From assembly GCA_904063045.1 (NCBI GenBank), contig CAJFCJ010000020.1, forward strand, positions 984,916-1,048,915: a DNA stretch of 64,000 nt. The letters run 5' to 3'. The number at the start of each line of letters is the position of its first letter. Positions within the stretch are counted from its first letter, which is position 1. Shown here in pieces: positions 1 through 13,700 of the stretch. The notes below the pieces were generated by a model, which saw nothing but the letters and a program-made list of their open reading frames with translations, was not told where the DNA came from and searched no databases. Both the position numbers and the translations under genes were made by a program. This stretch comes from Dimorphilus gyrociliatus. Taxonomy: Eukaryota > Animalia > Annelida.

Positions 1-3000
1 AAAACTTATTTGTTAGTATGATTAAGTGAAAATAATCAGACTATCAAGACTAATTTTGTAATCGTTTATTTCATTTCTTAACAACTCTTAACAACGATAT
101 CGATAATCTTCCTATACTTCATCTTCACATGTCATAATCATTTCAATATCTGAGTTTTTAAAGATACAAATATAGGTTATACTTTCTCTTATCGTTTTTG
201 AATAATAGACAAATATCTCTTTCGGTGCTTTACCTTTTATAAAAGTAGCTTATATTAAATTCTGTTTATCCTTTTCTGTACAAAGCAGGAGATCCTCAGA
301 TGGGCAAAAGTTATTGAACTAGATCGGGAATGTTCTAATTTTGGTACTGATTAGTCTTATAAATAATACATAAGTACTGTATATGCTAGAGGCCGTTACT
401 GTAATTGCTCAATTTACAGAATGGATGATATATTGAAAGAAATTCACAATTTCTATATATGAAATCATTTAATTTCGCTCTATTTACATTCTTAAATAAA
501 TCCTTCATTAAAATTATTGTACAGGTTATAGAAACTATTGACGTTGCATACTGTAAGGAGAATGATACTATCGTATATAATTTAAAATATACAGCTACAG
601 TTGGGATATTTATTCATATATAAAGTTAAATACCAAGTCAGATTTAGGATGCTAAGGATTTAAGACGAAATTATCATTTAGGTAAAAAACCAGGATTAAC
701 GTTGGATTTACATTGTAATATAAACATTAATATTCAATGCATATTTCTTCAAGGTTAAATGAACAGGTAAAAAAGAAATTCTTTATTCAGATAAATTGAA
801 TTTTTTTAACCTACACGCTATTATTCATCGATTTTGTAGTTAAAGAAAGAGCCTTCACTCTAAAAGCTATTATACTCTCAAGGCCATAGATTAATATATT
901 TTTTGAAATCTTTAGAAGTATATCAATATATTTTTACAAAAAAAAGGAAGAAATTCTATTTCTAGTTTTCTTTTCTTGACTGTCAACAACAGTATGCTAT
1001 ACATTGAGGTCATTATCAATTATATAATAAAGAATAGATTTAATAAGCTATCATTCTCTTAGAATACTGTTGTAATGCATAAAATAGTAATATGATAAAT
1101 ACATAGCTCCATTCTAGAAATAGAATAACACCTTTTGTGACAAATCACCAGTTCATATTTCTTGAATATATTAAAATCACACCAGAGATAATATATGTTC
1201 AATTCTTCTATTTAAAACAAACCATATTTTTTTAGTTGTAAGGTACTTGAGATATTGCATTTTTTTTTACTTACTTCCTCATATTTCAATCATTTTAACA
1301 GTAAAAATGATAAGTAATAGCACTTTAATCATTTATCTTTTACTAATTTTCGAATTAATATAAAATATTCTATTTATTCATTAATCTTCAAAAAAAACAT
1401 GTAAATCAATTTACATGTGTTTATCCGATAAGCCTTTTTCTCGTCTTAATTAGTTTTATACTAAGTACAAGAGAAAAATCAATCAAAACAATTAGACTTG
1501 CTACAATTTAGTTATTGTTATCAGCTTGAAAAGAACATTTAAACTTTATTGATTAAACTGAGTACTATAATATAATCGTTTGTCTGCCAATGAAAATATA
1601 ATAATCAACGGTCTACTCTACATTATTTCTCTCATTTGATAACACTAGCCTTCGTCTATTCTTTTAAAAGATTAGATAGCAGTATAAAATTTCTATGGTG
1701 AATTTAGAGCAATTTACCCATCACTTTGCCTTAACTCAAGAACGTAATACTAATAATAAATTAGAGAATATTTACAAATAGTAACCCAATATCTATGAAA
1801 CAACTCATTTTGTGGCGTAATACGTGCAAGGGTAAAATTTTAAAGAGACTGCAATATTCCTAGTTGAAAAAGTCTACTCATTATATTGATTATCATGGGA
1901 GTACGTAATTTGAACTGCCTGTCCAAAGTAAAAGAAAGAAAGGTGAATAAGATAGAAAAGAAATAGACGGATAAAAGCGATTAGCTATTCATTTTCCTTC
2001 ACTCAAAAAGTGACATGTTTTTTAAAATGTATCTATTTATTTATTAAACGAATAAAGCTTTAACAATAGAAATAAAATATAAAATATATTAAAACTATGA
2101 AATTAACTAGAAGAAAAAAAATTACTTTTCTTTTGTTTCATTAAGAAAAAAAGTAAATAAACGAAATAGAAAACAAAAACTAAATGAGCAAATTATTTTA
2201 CTAATGAAACTGATAAATCTTAACAAAAAACTCCATAAGATTATAATACTGTCTAACAACAAGGGAAATTAATTCACGTTTTTCGTATTGATTGATTTTT
2301 TTCTCCACCTCTTTTTTTATTACTATTTTTTCCTTTTTCTTTTGTTAATTAATTCACCTTTTCTCTTTTTGTTTCTACATTAAAGTTTTCGAAATTTTGA
2401 TTCTGTTACTGCCGTCAGCTAATCTATATATATATCAAATACATATACTGTATATATGTATATATAAACCTACTTAAGCAAGTAATCTTGTTTTTATTTT
2501 TTTTACTTGTACGAACTTACTCGAAAATAATTGCAGGCCTTGCAAGAGATAAATAGTAAAGAGAAGAAAAGGAGAACGGAAAGTAAAACTATGATAAAGG
2601 TTCTCATCCTCGTCGCTTACGTCATAACTGCATCACTGAATCTCTTCCGTTAGTTTTTTCTGAAAGAAGAAAAGACTAAAAAAATAATCTCTCTTTTTAC
2701 ATTAAAACTCTTAACATATATTTGAAAATTATAAATAATTGAAAGAAAAGCTAAAAGAAAAAAGTTTTTCCCGGCAAGACAAATCTACACTATCCTAAGA
2801 TGCTTGAAGGGCCTGCGTTTGATCGCAAATGACACTTGATTACGGGTCCTTTTTACAGCCCAAACGAATCTTGTAGCTACACTTTAAGGCCTAGTTAGCT
2901 TACAGTCAAGGTGAAGTGAAATGTAATCGATTATCGCGCTTATGAAATATGGAATATTTGTATAAAAAATGATCTCTCTTGCAAGTAGATGGTAAATAAA

Positions 3001-4416
3001 GGGAAAAAAATATCCTTATAAACCTTTTCAAATTGAAATTAAATTATAAAAGCACATAAAAATTGCTTAATAGAGCGAAAAGGGCAAAAATGGAAAATAA
3101 ACAAACGAAAAAGGAAATTTTCAAGCATCTATGATGTTTTCTTAATCTAATAAAAAAACTAAATTATTACATCATTTATAAAATATAGATATATCTATAT
3201 ATATAGTATTTATATGTTTATATATATACATTACATAAATGCATACTTACACTTTGTTATGGCTGCATATTCTTATTCATTTTTGCCAGGAGCAATAGAC
3301 GAATCTGCTCTGTAAAGACACAAGTCTGAAATTTCCCTCGATAGTTTTTACAACGCCACCTACGCTTGTGATTGTTTGCTTTTGTTTGTAAATCGCTTAA
3401 GTGTTGATAAATAAAGAAATTTTAGGGAAATAATTATAAAATTGAGCTTAGAACCCCATAAAAAACTTTATGCATCATTCTAAAAAATACGCAATCCGCT
3501 ACTACTCTATTATCTGTCGTATAGCGAGCGCCAAGAGACGCTTATAATTGAATGACCCTCCTTGGAAATAAACTTGCTATATTTATAGACTTTTGATGAT
3601 CCTTTGATATTTGAAGCAATTTTTATATTAATAATTAAAAAGGATTCTCGTATTAACCAAACCTTGTCTCGTTTTGAATAATTAAACCATATGTTTATCT
3701 ATTGAATTGATTATTAATTAAAAGCGATACATTTATCTCTTTTTATTGTTTTCCTTTCTTATTTAGAGTAATTAATAGAAGGAAAAGTTGTAAATCTGTT
3801 TTTTATTAAATCTAAATTTAAAATAGTAATGATAAAATGGAAAAGACTAGAAAGAGAGTGAGAAGAAAAGAGAAAAAAAGAAATTAGATTGTGACGTATA
3901 TACGAAAATCACTGCTGATTACTAAGCCTAATTAAAGGGACAGTTTCTACACTTTGGATTATATACAATTCAGATTATAAAAATTCGAAATTGTGCTCTC
4001 TTTTCAATGTAAAATAGAAATAGTCTAGTATTATAATTTACTGGAAAAAAAAACATACAGTATGAGAAGAAATGTAAAATTATAATTATTGTAATTATCT
4101 CTCTCTTTTATATCTTCTTTATAATTTTTTTGTCCAAATCAAAAGGAAAAGAAAGTTAAAGCATCTATTCAAAGCTCTCTTCCTAAACTCTGGTAATTAT
4201 TTCTCATAATATTATTCATCTTGAAGATATTATATTTATATTAGAATATTAAGATAATATAGAAGATAAATCTTAAATTGTAAAATATGGAAGATAACTC
4301 TTAATTTTTAAGATATTAGTGTATTTAAATATGAAAAAAATTATCATTACTTTAAAGAGATAAGAATTATAATTTTCTTCATTTAGAAAAATCATTCAAG
4401 TCTAATATTCATATTA

Positions 4417-4422
<6 letters not shown>

Positions 4423-4446
<24 letters not shown>
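4423..4446. repeat. (TA)n microsatellite
   Basis: Uninterrupted TA run about 300 bp beyond the THSD7 stop codon. Confidence 0.9.
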
Positions 4447-4448
<2 letters not shown>

Positions 4449-4721
4449 GTATAAGTAATTTGTTTTTCTTTAACAATTAAATAGAGAAACAGAAAATGCT
4501 GGATAAATTTCCAAGTATAAAAATAGCACAATGTCCTTTAATTGTTCAAATTTTTGTTTCTTCCTTTTTTCTTCCTTTTTCTTTAAATAAATTAATGTTT
4601 ATAATGACGTACATAAAATGCATATATTAATATCTCTTTCTTTCAAATGAATATAGAAGATAAGGAGAAAGAGAATTTGACGGGAAATAGATATACTATA
4701 TATAATACATGTATTATTTTT

Positions 4722-7700
4722 TCACTGCTTAGTAGAAGCAGAACAAGAAGACGGCTGTGTTGTTGACATAATTCCGGAAGATGAATATGTGTTATTTGTG
4801 GCTGTGGAAGGAGCCTTCATACTAGGTTGATGAGACAATAAAGAATTGTTTCGATTATAAATAGCCTTCTTCTTCTCTTTGCCCCTTTTACTGTCAAAGT
4901 AGTTAAATTATTATTGCTTTCTCTTTTAACTATAAAGTATCATTAAAACTGTCAAATATAAATTACCATATAAAATACAGCGTAGCAAATACTGATGTCA
5001 CTACAAAAAGACCAATCCCAATGACCATAAACATCCAAACGTTTACTGGTGAATCTGTTAATAAGAGTAACTTGACAGTTAAATTGTTCATTTATTTATT
5101 TCCTGTGTACAAACTTTCTTCTGATTCCGTATCTATGGCATTCTTGCTAAAATTGGAACTTGGCGGACTACAATTAGCAATAGTTCTGTGAAGACTATAC
5201 TGGATAAAATATCCCGGCATACAGGCACATTCATTCGTATCTTTGCAATAAGAATGTTTTACAGTGCAAGGGGGGTTGCACTCCTTTATACCAGGAGGTC
5301 GAGATGCGAACGAACAGCCATCTTTGAAACAAAAGAACATTAAATTATTTATTATTAGCTCAATTAATATATGAAATTTCTTGGTCATGAGTTTAACGAT
5401 ATTATCTATAATAAAATTTCATATATTATATATTTATATGGCAATAACATTACTTCAAAATTTACTTACTGACTACATTATCCCCATGATTAGTCTGGCA
5501 CCAAACTTTTCTTGTATCATTCCTCAACCACGGTGAAGTTCTCCATTTAAATAGCGTACACGTTTGTGCGATGCATTTTCTGCTCTGAACTCTTGAAGTA
5601 GAACAAGGCCTTCCATCTTTCGAAGCGCTTTTTAATACTATTCGACTTCTTGTCTGTACCCCGGCTGTTGACGAAAACAAAAAAGAAAATAATATACTCT
5701 CTTTCCTTTTTGAAATAATATCTTGATGATTTTTCCTTACCAAGATCTTCGTGGGAACATTTTCTGTAGCAGAATCCCCATGATGACCACTCCGAGAGTA
5801 CACAATCCGTAGGGCATGGCTTATAACACTCTCTGTGTTCCTTTTTAATTTTCAATCATGTCTTATAGTTCTTTTATGAAAAAAATAAGCGTTCCTAATA
5901 AACGCTTTTACTATTACTTACTTGTCCCAATCGGAGAAGATTAGGTTTTTTAGGGCAAAAGGCATCGTGTAGAAGCTTTCCATCAGTACTCTCACATCTT
6001 AAATAACGACTTTGCATACCAGAACCACAAGAATCAACCTTTTATCCAAAATTGAATTATTAAGGATAGAAAAATCAAGATATAAAAATAGCTTATAACT
6101 GAAATTAGTCACTAACATCATTTTTACATGAAGTCCAGCTAGACCAAGCCCATCTATGACATTCTGTAAAAGCACATGGCTTTTGCTGAACAAGAGGTGT
6201 TGGACAAGCTCTTCCTAAGTGCTTAGCTTCAAATAGAACTCTTCTTTTTCTAAATTTTTGAGCTATTAGACAAAAAAATCTCATTTTAGGTCATTGAAAT
6301 ATAATATTCTAATATATCTATCTATATATGATATAACTATATATATAATTAGTTAAACAACAATTACCATATCCACAGGTTTTGGAACAATCAGACCATT
6401 CGGACCATTCAGAAACAACGCAATCTAATGGGCACGGAACGTGGCAAGATTGCATAGCTTCTCCTTTTAAGTTTATAGCACCGTACTTTAAACGAAAGCG
6501 AGAAACACGTTAAAGGTTTTATAAATAGGATGATAGCATTTACTAAAAATAACATACTTTAATACATTGAGAATAAGGCACTGATTTCTCTGTTCCTGTT
6601 TTGACACATTCTTTAACTCTAATTTTTTTTCCAATTCCACATTGATGCTTTCCCAAAATGCAAGAACTAAATTCTGACCATTTCCATTTGTAAACGCCAC
6701 AATTGCTAACTTCACAAGGTTCAGTATTTATTCTTTCGCCACAATCACCAAATTTTCCGTGTCTTAATATTGATCTGTGCCTTGTTCTCATTTTTCTGGA
6801 TGAACAAGGCTGGTAGAATTTTTCCAATTAGTACTAAATATATCTCTATATTTTATTATTCAACTCACCGGTAAGCATATAGTCCATTCTGACCACAAAC
6901 TAAGTACACATTCTTCTGGGCAAGCTAAAGTGCATTGCTCTCTGTGTATTGGTACTTCTTCCGGGTCACATTTCGAAGCATCTACTTCTGTTCCATTTAC
7001 ACTGTATATGCATTTAATCTTCCTCGTTTTTGTTCCTTTATTGAATCTACCACATGAATTGCCAACATTTTGGCATTTACTCCAGGGTTCTGGTACCCAA
7101 TTATACACACATTCGGTATAACAAGGCTTTGTTTGATATTCCTTTTTTTGGGAGGTGGGAAATATTAATTAAGTATTAAATTATTAATATAACAAACCCT
7201 AGTCTGATTTTTGGGAATTGGACAGGGTCTTCCGCCCCCAAAATCCTCACTGTCTAAATAACGATATCTTCTTTGATGAGATATACCGCATTTATCGTTC
7301 CGGCAGCTGGACCAAGCCGACCATTCCGACATTATGCAATCGCTAGGACAGTTAATGAAGCACATTTCATCCTCCAAGCCTTTTTAGATTTAATAAAGAT
7401 TGTCAATTTATATTATGTAGTCAGTTATGGTCTTATATAACAATCCTTTTACTCAAAATTCATTTAATTATTATCTAATGTCCTCTATATAAAGTATCAT
7501 ATACCTAAAATGTATTTTATTCAACTAGATGGAGCCACCTAATGTTAATTTTAAGTACTTTTTATAACGTGCCACTTAACATACCAGTTTTACTGCACAT
7601 TATAGACGATGCAGATAATTGGCGAACGTTGTCAATACACTTCAAAGTTCTACTTCTCCTTCCGGAATGACCAACAATACACGATGTTTGTTTAAAGAGC

Positions 7701-10700
7701 GTAAAATATTCTTTTTTATGTAGTTCGTACGGATCTTCTGAAGATGGTTCGCTGTTTTAAGAAGAGATATAAATACAATTTTTAAAGACAATTTCTGATC
7801 ACTTACACAAAGTCACCGAAATCACTACTTTCGCCTTTCGGTTTCTTTGACCATTCTTTTATGCAATTCGACCATAAACCGTGACCTTCAGTGCTAAATG
7901 GCATACATGAACAAGTCTTTGTTTCTTTTAATGCGTAAATTTTCTTGCATTTATCATTTCCGGCTGTAAAATCAAGAAATTTTCGATTACTTTCATTCAT
8001 TCTAAAATTAGTAGCTAGTTAATAAACTGTAATAAATACATTCAAGTTGTCTTCTTCTAACTTTATGGCCACCGCATCTATGAGTGCAGCTACTCCACGT
8101 AGACCAACTGGAAATCCTACGAAAATAATTCAATATATCATTAAAGACAAATTCGATTAGGTTTGAAGTAGTGATACTAACTTGCAATGGTGATAACAAT
8201 GTATAAAACAAGATTCCGTTCTACTTGGAGCTGGCCCTAATTCCTTCTTACAAACTGCATCACTTCTTAATCCTCCAGATCTGCTCTTGCATTCTACTTC
8301 TATGAATGGCGTGTATAGTACTATTAATATAAGCTTTTTCATTTATTACAAGGTTTTACTTACTCCTGGTCCTTAATCCTAATCCACATTTGACGTGTCC
8401 ATGCGGAAAAAGACATTTGGAAAAATCGCTAGTTACCCAACGATAATCCTCGCAATTTGGTACATTCCTACAAACTTGTGTCTCATTCATTACCTTTGAG
8501 CATCTTTTACCGCCCAAAGTAGGTGGTTGGAGAACTATTTTAAATCTGTACTGCAGAGCCAATCGTCCTATAAATAAAACAAATTGCGATCACGAAATGA
8601 GGTACTTGAAAATGTTTACTGTCTCTACTTGATCTGCAAGTCAAACTGCATTTTGTCCACATTGTGAATTTTGACACTAGGCAGTCTTTAGGGCAGGGAA
8701 TAGTACAATTCTGCTGCAAGACTGGCCTCAATTCTTGGACACATAACCTATAGAAAAAATAAAACGACGATATTTAAAAGTAATTGTAAATATTTAGTAC
8801 AAAATATATGAAATAGAGAATGACAGTAACAGTCAACGATTAAGTAATACTGTCATCTAACTGGCTCATTTTTTTTTTAAAAATGTTATAATAAGGCCAA
8901 TCAGTAACTCACTTAAAGTCACTTAAATGCTAAACATTTCGTTAAAATCTAACCTGGCAGCCCCCTTTTCGGTTAACTTCTCATTTAAATCATTTTCACA
9001 ATAAGCATTTCTAGTTTGATAACCTTCTCCGCACAACCTGGTCTTATCGAGAGGTATACACTTTTTCCACTGATTAACCCTCCATCTATAAGTTCTACAT
9101 TTACTTTCGCATTCTTTCTTTTCTTGGAGTAAGTGTGACGGACATTTTTTCCCATTCGCTTTTTTATTGATAAAATATAATATTTCATTAATAGCCTATA
9201 AAAATCTTCATAAATTATTAGCTAACCACTAGAAAAGGATAGTATTTCTCTTGTTCTTTGTCTGAGTGTAGGTCTATAAGAATTGGAACAACTATCGTCG
9301 CATTTAGACCATTCGGACCAATTTGAAAAAACACAGTCATTATTGCAAGGTACTTGGCAAGTAACCGTTGTTGGAGGTGGACTTAATTGGCATCGATCTC
9401 TTGAAATCGCAATAAGCTGTGGATAATAAGGAGTAATCGTAAATAAGAATTAAAAAATTGTGAATGGAAGGGAAGTTGAAACTATAAATTTAGAATTTGT
9501 AATATTAATCCAAAAAGTGGAGTATAAAATTGCCTCTTACCCCCATCGAGTCTACGCATTGTATAGTTCTATTTCTATAACCAAAGCCACACCTTTCTCC
9601 ATGCTCATTGCGATCACTAGCTTTACATTCGTCCTCGAACAAAACTTTCCAACTATAGCACCGAGTGTCCTTACAAGGCCTAGTTTCTATTCTGTGCGGA
9701 CAATTAATGCCCTCCCTTATGACGTTTCTAACCCTTTTCTGATACCCTGTATGAAAGAATTAGATTAAATTGACAATCAATATAGTATACTTTCTCTTAA
9801 TTTTATTAATAGACGTTTTTATTTCAATATCAAATGTAATTAGATTAAATTAGGAGTCAAGACGGTTATTTTTTTTAAGGTTACCTTTAATTAAATTGCA
9901 TTTTATTTATACACAGATGGCGATAGTGTGCAAATATTTAATGTAGTAGGTCAATTGAAAAAAAGGAATTCTAATGTGAAATAAGGTTAACTTACTTGAA
10001 TGTTGTCGGTGGCGAAGTTTTATTCCACAACTGCCCCTGCACGGTCCCCAAGTGGACCAAGATGATAGTATACAATCATCTATGCACTCTACTTTGCATA
10101 ATTTGACATGAACTGGTTCAATACTTTTGCAAGATTTCTTCAGTACAGGATGCTCGTCAGAAGCTCGAACGCATAAGATAGAACGAGTTTGTAGACCATT
10201 GCCGCAGCGATCAGTTGGTAGTATTAACTGACATTTAGACCAAGCACCGGATATCCATTTATACCTGAAACGTTACATTATTTATCACTTCATTCTACAA
10301 GATTAAAATATCCGGAACTTACTTTCCACATCCATCTGTTATATCTTCATCCGTAATTAAACGTTTTTGCTCTAATTTTCCACACTTTTTCTTACCGCTT
10401 CCCATCTCAAGTATTGACCTTTTCCTAAAAAAGTGATCGCGTGTTTCGGCAATAAACCAACTCGACCAAGACGATAAATGGCAATCGTTATCTAAGTGGC
10501 AGTATTTTGATGATCTTATTTCCCTATGATTTGAACAGTGGCTGAAGAATAAAACATACAATATTAATGTATTAATATAACATTATATAAGCGTATACGT
10601 GTAAGTATCATATATCATTTCGCATAAGCCATGTAAGAGATAATTCAACGTTTAATGCTAAAGTATCAAATATAATGAATAAAGGATATTTAAATATATT

Positions 10701-13700
10701 TTCGAAGTAATCCTATAAACTATTAAAAAATCATTTTTATCTCCAATAAAGTCGACATTATCTGTTCAACTAATCTAGTATTCATTTCAGTAAAATAAAG
10801 ACTTATTTTCAGTATCAAAAAGGAAATAGGAATAATATGAATAATTAGTTAGCTAGTATTGTTAGTTTAAGCGTCTATATCGTCGCAAGTCAACAAATTC
10901 CAACTGTTTTGCTAGACAAGCTCTCTTCATATATAACATATATTGATTAGCGATTATAATGACCAGGATATAAAAAAAAAGTATTCGAGGAATCTATTTC
11001 ATATACCAGTCTGTACTCGCAAAAAATAAACACCCACGCTAATCTCTTTTGAAAAAATCCATCCTCTTTCACTCCCTTCTCTTCTCTTTCGTATATTTTT
11101 GTCTCTCTATCCCTTTTTTTATTATTATTATTATGTAATTTCTTTTCTTTTCCTTTAATCAATTATTTTCACTGTTCGTTTCTTTACAAATAATTTAGTA
11201 AAAAAAAAAAGCTCCTGTTACATTCATGAATATGTCATCCCTTTTTTTAATGTTTTTTTTTTGTCCTATCTTTGCTATTCTTACTTTATTTAGTACCTTA
11301 CACAACAATAACTAGAATATTCAAAGTCATAGACTCCTATCTTTAACAAAAAATTTATTCCTCCCACCTATTTCCACCCACTCCTCCCTCTTTTCTTTTT
11401 ACTGTTAAAAAAAAGAAAAACAGAAAAAAATTTCTTTTTTTTTTAATTCAATTGTAGCAATTTTCTTTCTTTTCAAATGCGATCGCAAGCATGTTTTATA
11501 CATGTTTATAGGCTTAAACTTTAGAAAAAAACTATCCAATTTGGTGAGGATTTAATTTAAAGGGTATATTAATATTTTATAATGTAAGATGTTTGCACTA
11601 AATAAAGATTGAATGAATGGCTTTTTATAAAAATTTTATAATAAATTGATAAAATGAGTGGGAGGAGAGTAAAAACCATAGTATACATTAATAAGAAAAA
11701 AAGATCTTTAATAAGTAAAAAAACCCTTTTCCAAATATGAGTATTGCATAAAAACAAATCTTTGTAAGGAACGATCGATTATTGATTAAGAAATATTGGT
11801 ATTTGAAATCAATATAATTCCTAGAATACTAATGAAAATTACAACTCTTGCTATGTTCGTTCTTCCTACTTTTTTATCTTAAACTCTAAATAATTTAGCT
11901 ACTTTAAATAAAAAAAAAATGTTGGTTTGACCAGACCAATCGATTTATCTGAACTTTTTACATTTGATAAATTGAAGCTATATGGATTTTTTTACCAGTC
12001 CAACAGTACGAGAATTTAATTAACTTTAATTGAATCAAATTAAACATCAAATGGGTTCTTTAGTTAAACCAATTTGATTTGAAAACCATATGAAAACCAT
12101 TTAAAACCACTAGATCTCTCTCAAATTTAATTGCTTACGAAATAACTAAAAATTCATAATTCTTCAAGATATTTGCCAAAAAATTGAAGTAAGCATATAA
12201 TTGATTTAATTATCCCTCTTTTGGAGATAAATTCTATCAGTCTCTCAATACATCAAAGGACATCCAATCTCCAAAGGTTTAAATAGAAATATGAAATATG
12301 TTAGAAAAAATGTCCGAAAACTGGCACTGCATCTGAAAATTTAAACCCGAACCATCATCGAAGGGCGTAAAGTATAGGTTTCAATATAATTTAAGGCAGG
12401 GAATAACCTTCTGCTAAAGCTTATAACCGCCTCTAATTTTTATACTCGAATGTATTCTTATTAGCACTACTAATCTACGTATATAAAAATTTCGATAAAG
12501 TTTTTTTAGTACTTTTTTAAATATATTTCGAGAATAAGTCTTTGTTTCATTTTTTTTGTAATATTCCTTTAATTTAGATTCTAGCTTCCTTTAATAATAA
12601 ACTAAAAATATATATTGAAAAGATGAGCTCTATTTTTAGCTGTGCACTCGATAACGACAAAAAAAGCACGTGACCACTTTTTTTTTCTCTTTAAGGTGTT
12701 GTATCTATATTTCAGAACATTAGTCTCACCTACGAAACTTTCCTAGTGCCTAGTAAAAAGACAAGTAATAGACTATCGGATTTCTTATTCTTTCATATTT
12801 CTACTTATCTCTATGTCGCTGTATCTATACTCCTTTGTCTTTGTCTATACTCTACTCCTACCCCATTTCTCTGTCACTCATTCTTTTGCCTTTCTCTCTC
12901 TACTCTCTTTTATCAGCTTTCTTTTTCCGCTATTGTTCATTCCCTCTCTTTCCTTTGTTTATCACTTATATATACTTCTTTGCTTAACAAAAGAAAAAAA
13001 TGAGTTGACAGATGCAGAGAAAATTATATTTTTTATACTCTTTTGCGAGTTTGATCAACGCCGATCATACCCTTGACCAATTGACCATTAGCGTGTTTCG
13101 AGTATACTCGAGACTATTCGAATTCATTGAAGCTTAGAAATCTTTCGGTCATCGGTCTAAGAGCGTTCCTATTATGCTATTGATGTACAAATTGAATTCG
13201 TTGATATATATGGCGCCCGTGGCGTTTCCGTTAGCGTGTAATATTGCTTTTAAGCTCATTGTTCAAACACAATTCATTATTGACTGCTAATTGAATACGA
13301 CATGCAATCAACTCATCAATCTCAAACTTACCCAATATCGACCTTCGAACCGGTATAATCAATACATTCATAACTTCTCGTCTGCTGACCAAAATTCTTA
13401 TTGCCGATTTGCTTACATTCACTCCACTCTCCGTATCGATACTTGTAGTTCATCATTGTAACTGATTTTGAATAGTTAAAACATCTTTTCGTTTCCTCCA
13501 GTGTTGGACAATCTTTACCTCCAAACTTTGGTTCGACCAAGACTACTCTCCATCTCGTTATATTTTTAAGTAAACTTGTATCATAGACATCACACTTAGA
13601 CCAATTACCAAACTCTGATACTACGCAATCAGTGGGACATTCATTTCTACAAAGTCTCGTAAGTTTAGGTTTCTTGTAAAATTTCGTACATATTTCTTCA

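Noticed and set aside
280-870. Short plus-strand exon-like blocks (EILRWAKVIELDRECSNF, VIETIDVAYCKENDT, DAKDLRRNYHLGKKPG) that might be the 3' end of a gene
   Set aside because: Joining them needs several microexons and weak splice sites, and no family motif is present. Left uncalled rather than disproved.
9460-9768. Plus-strand 102-aa ORF, and similar shadow ORFs at 6930-7121, 35802-36053, 47351-47569, 48207-48395, 50929-51201, 59074-59268
   Set aside because: Antisense shadows of real exons on the opposite strand; no independent coding signature.
12746-13076. Two overlapping hydrophobic ORFs in THSD7 intron 2
   Set aside because: Produced by CT-rich low-complexity sequence.
13098-13111. 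14-bp palindrome TCGAGTATACTCGA sharing a 10-mer with the exon 2 acceptor region
   Set aside because: Too short, with no AG or flanking structure to suggest a duplicated exon or TE end.
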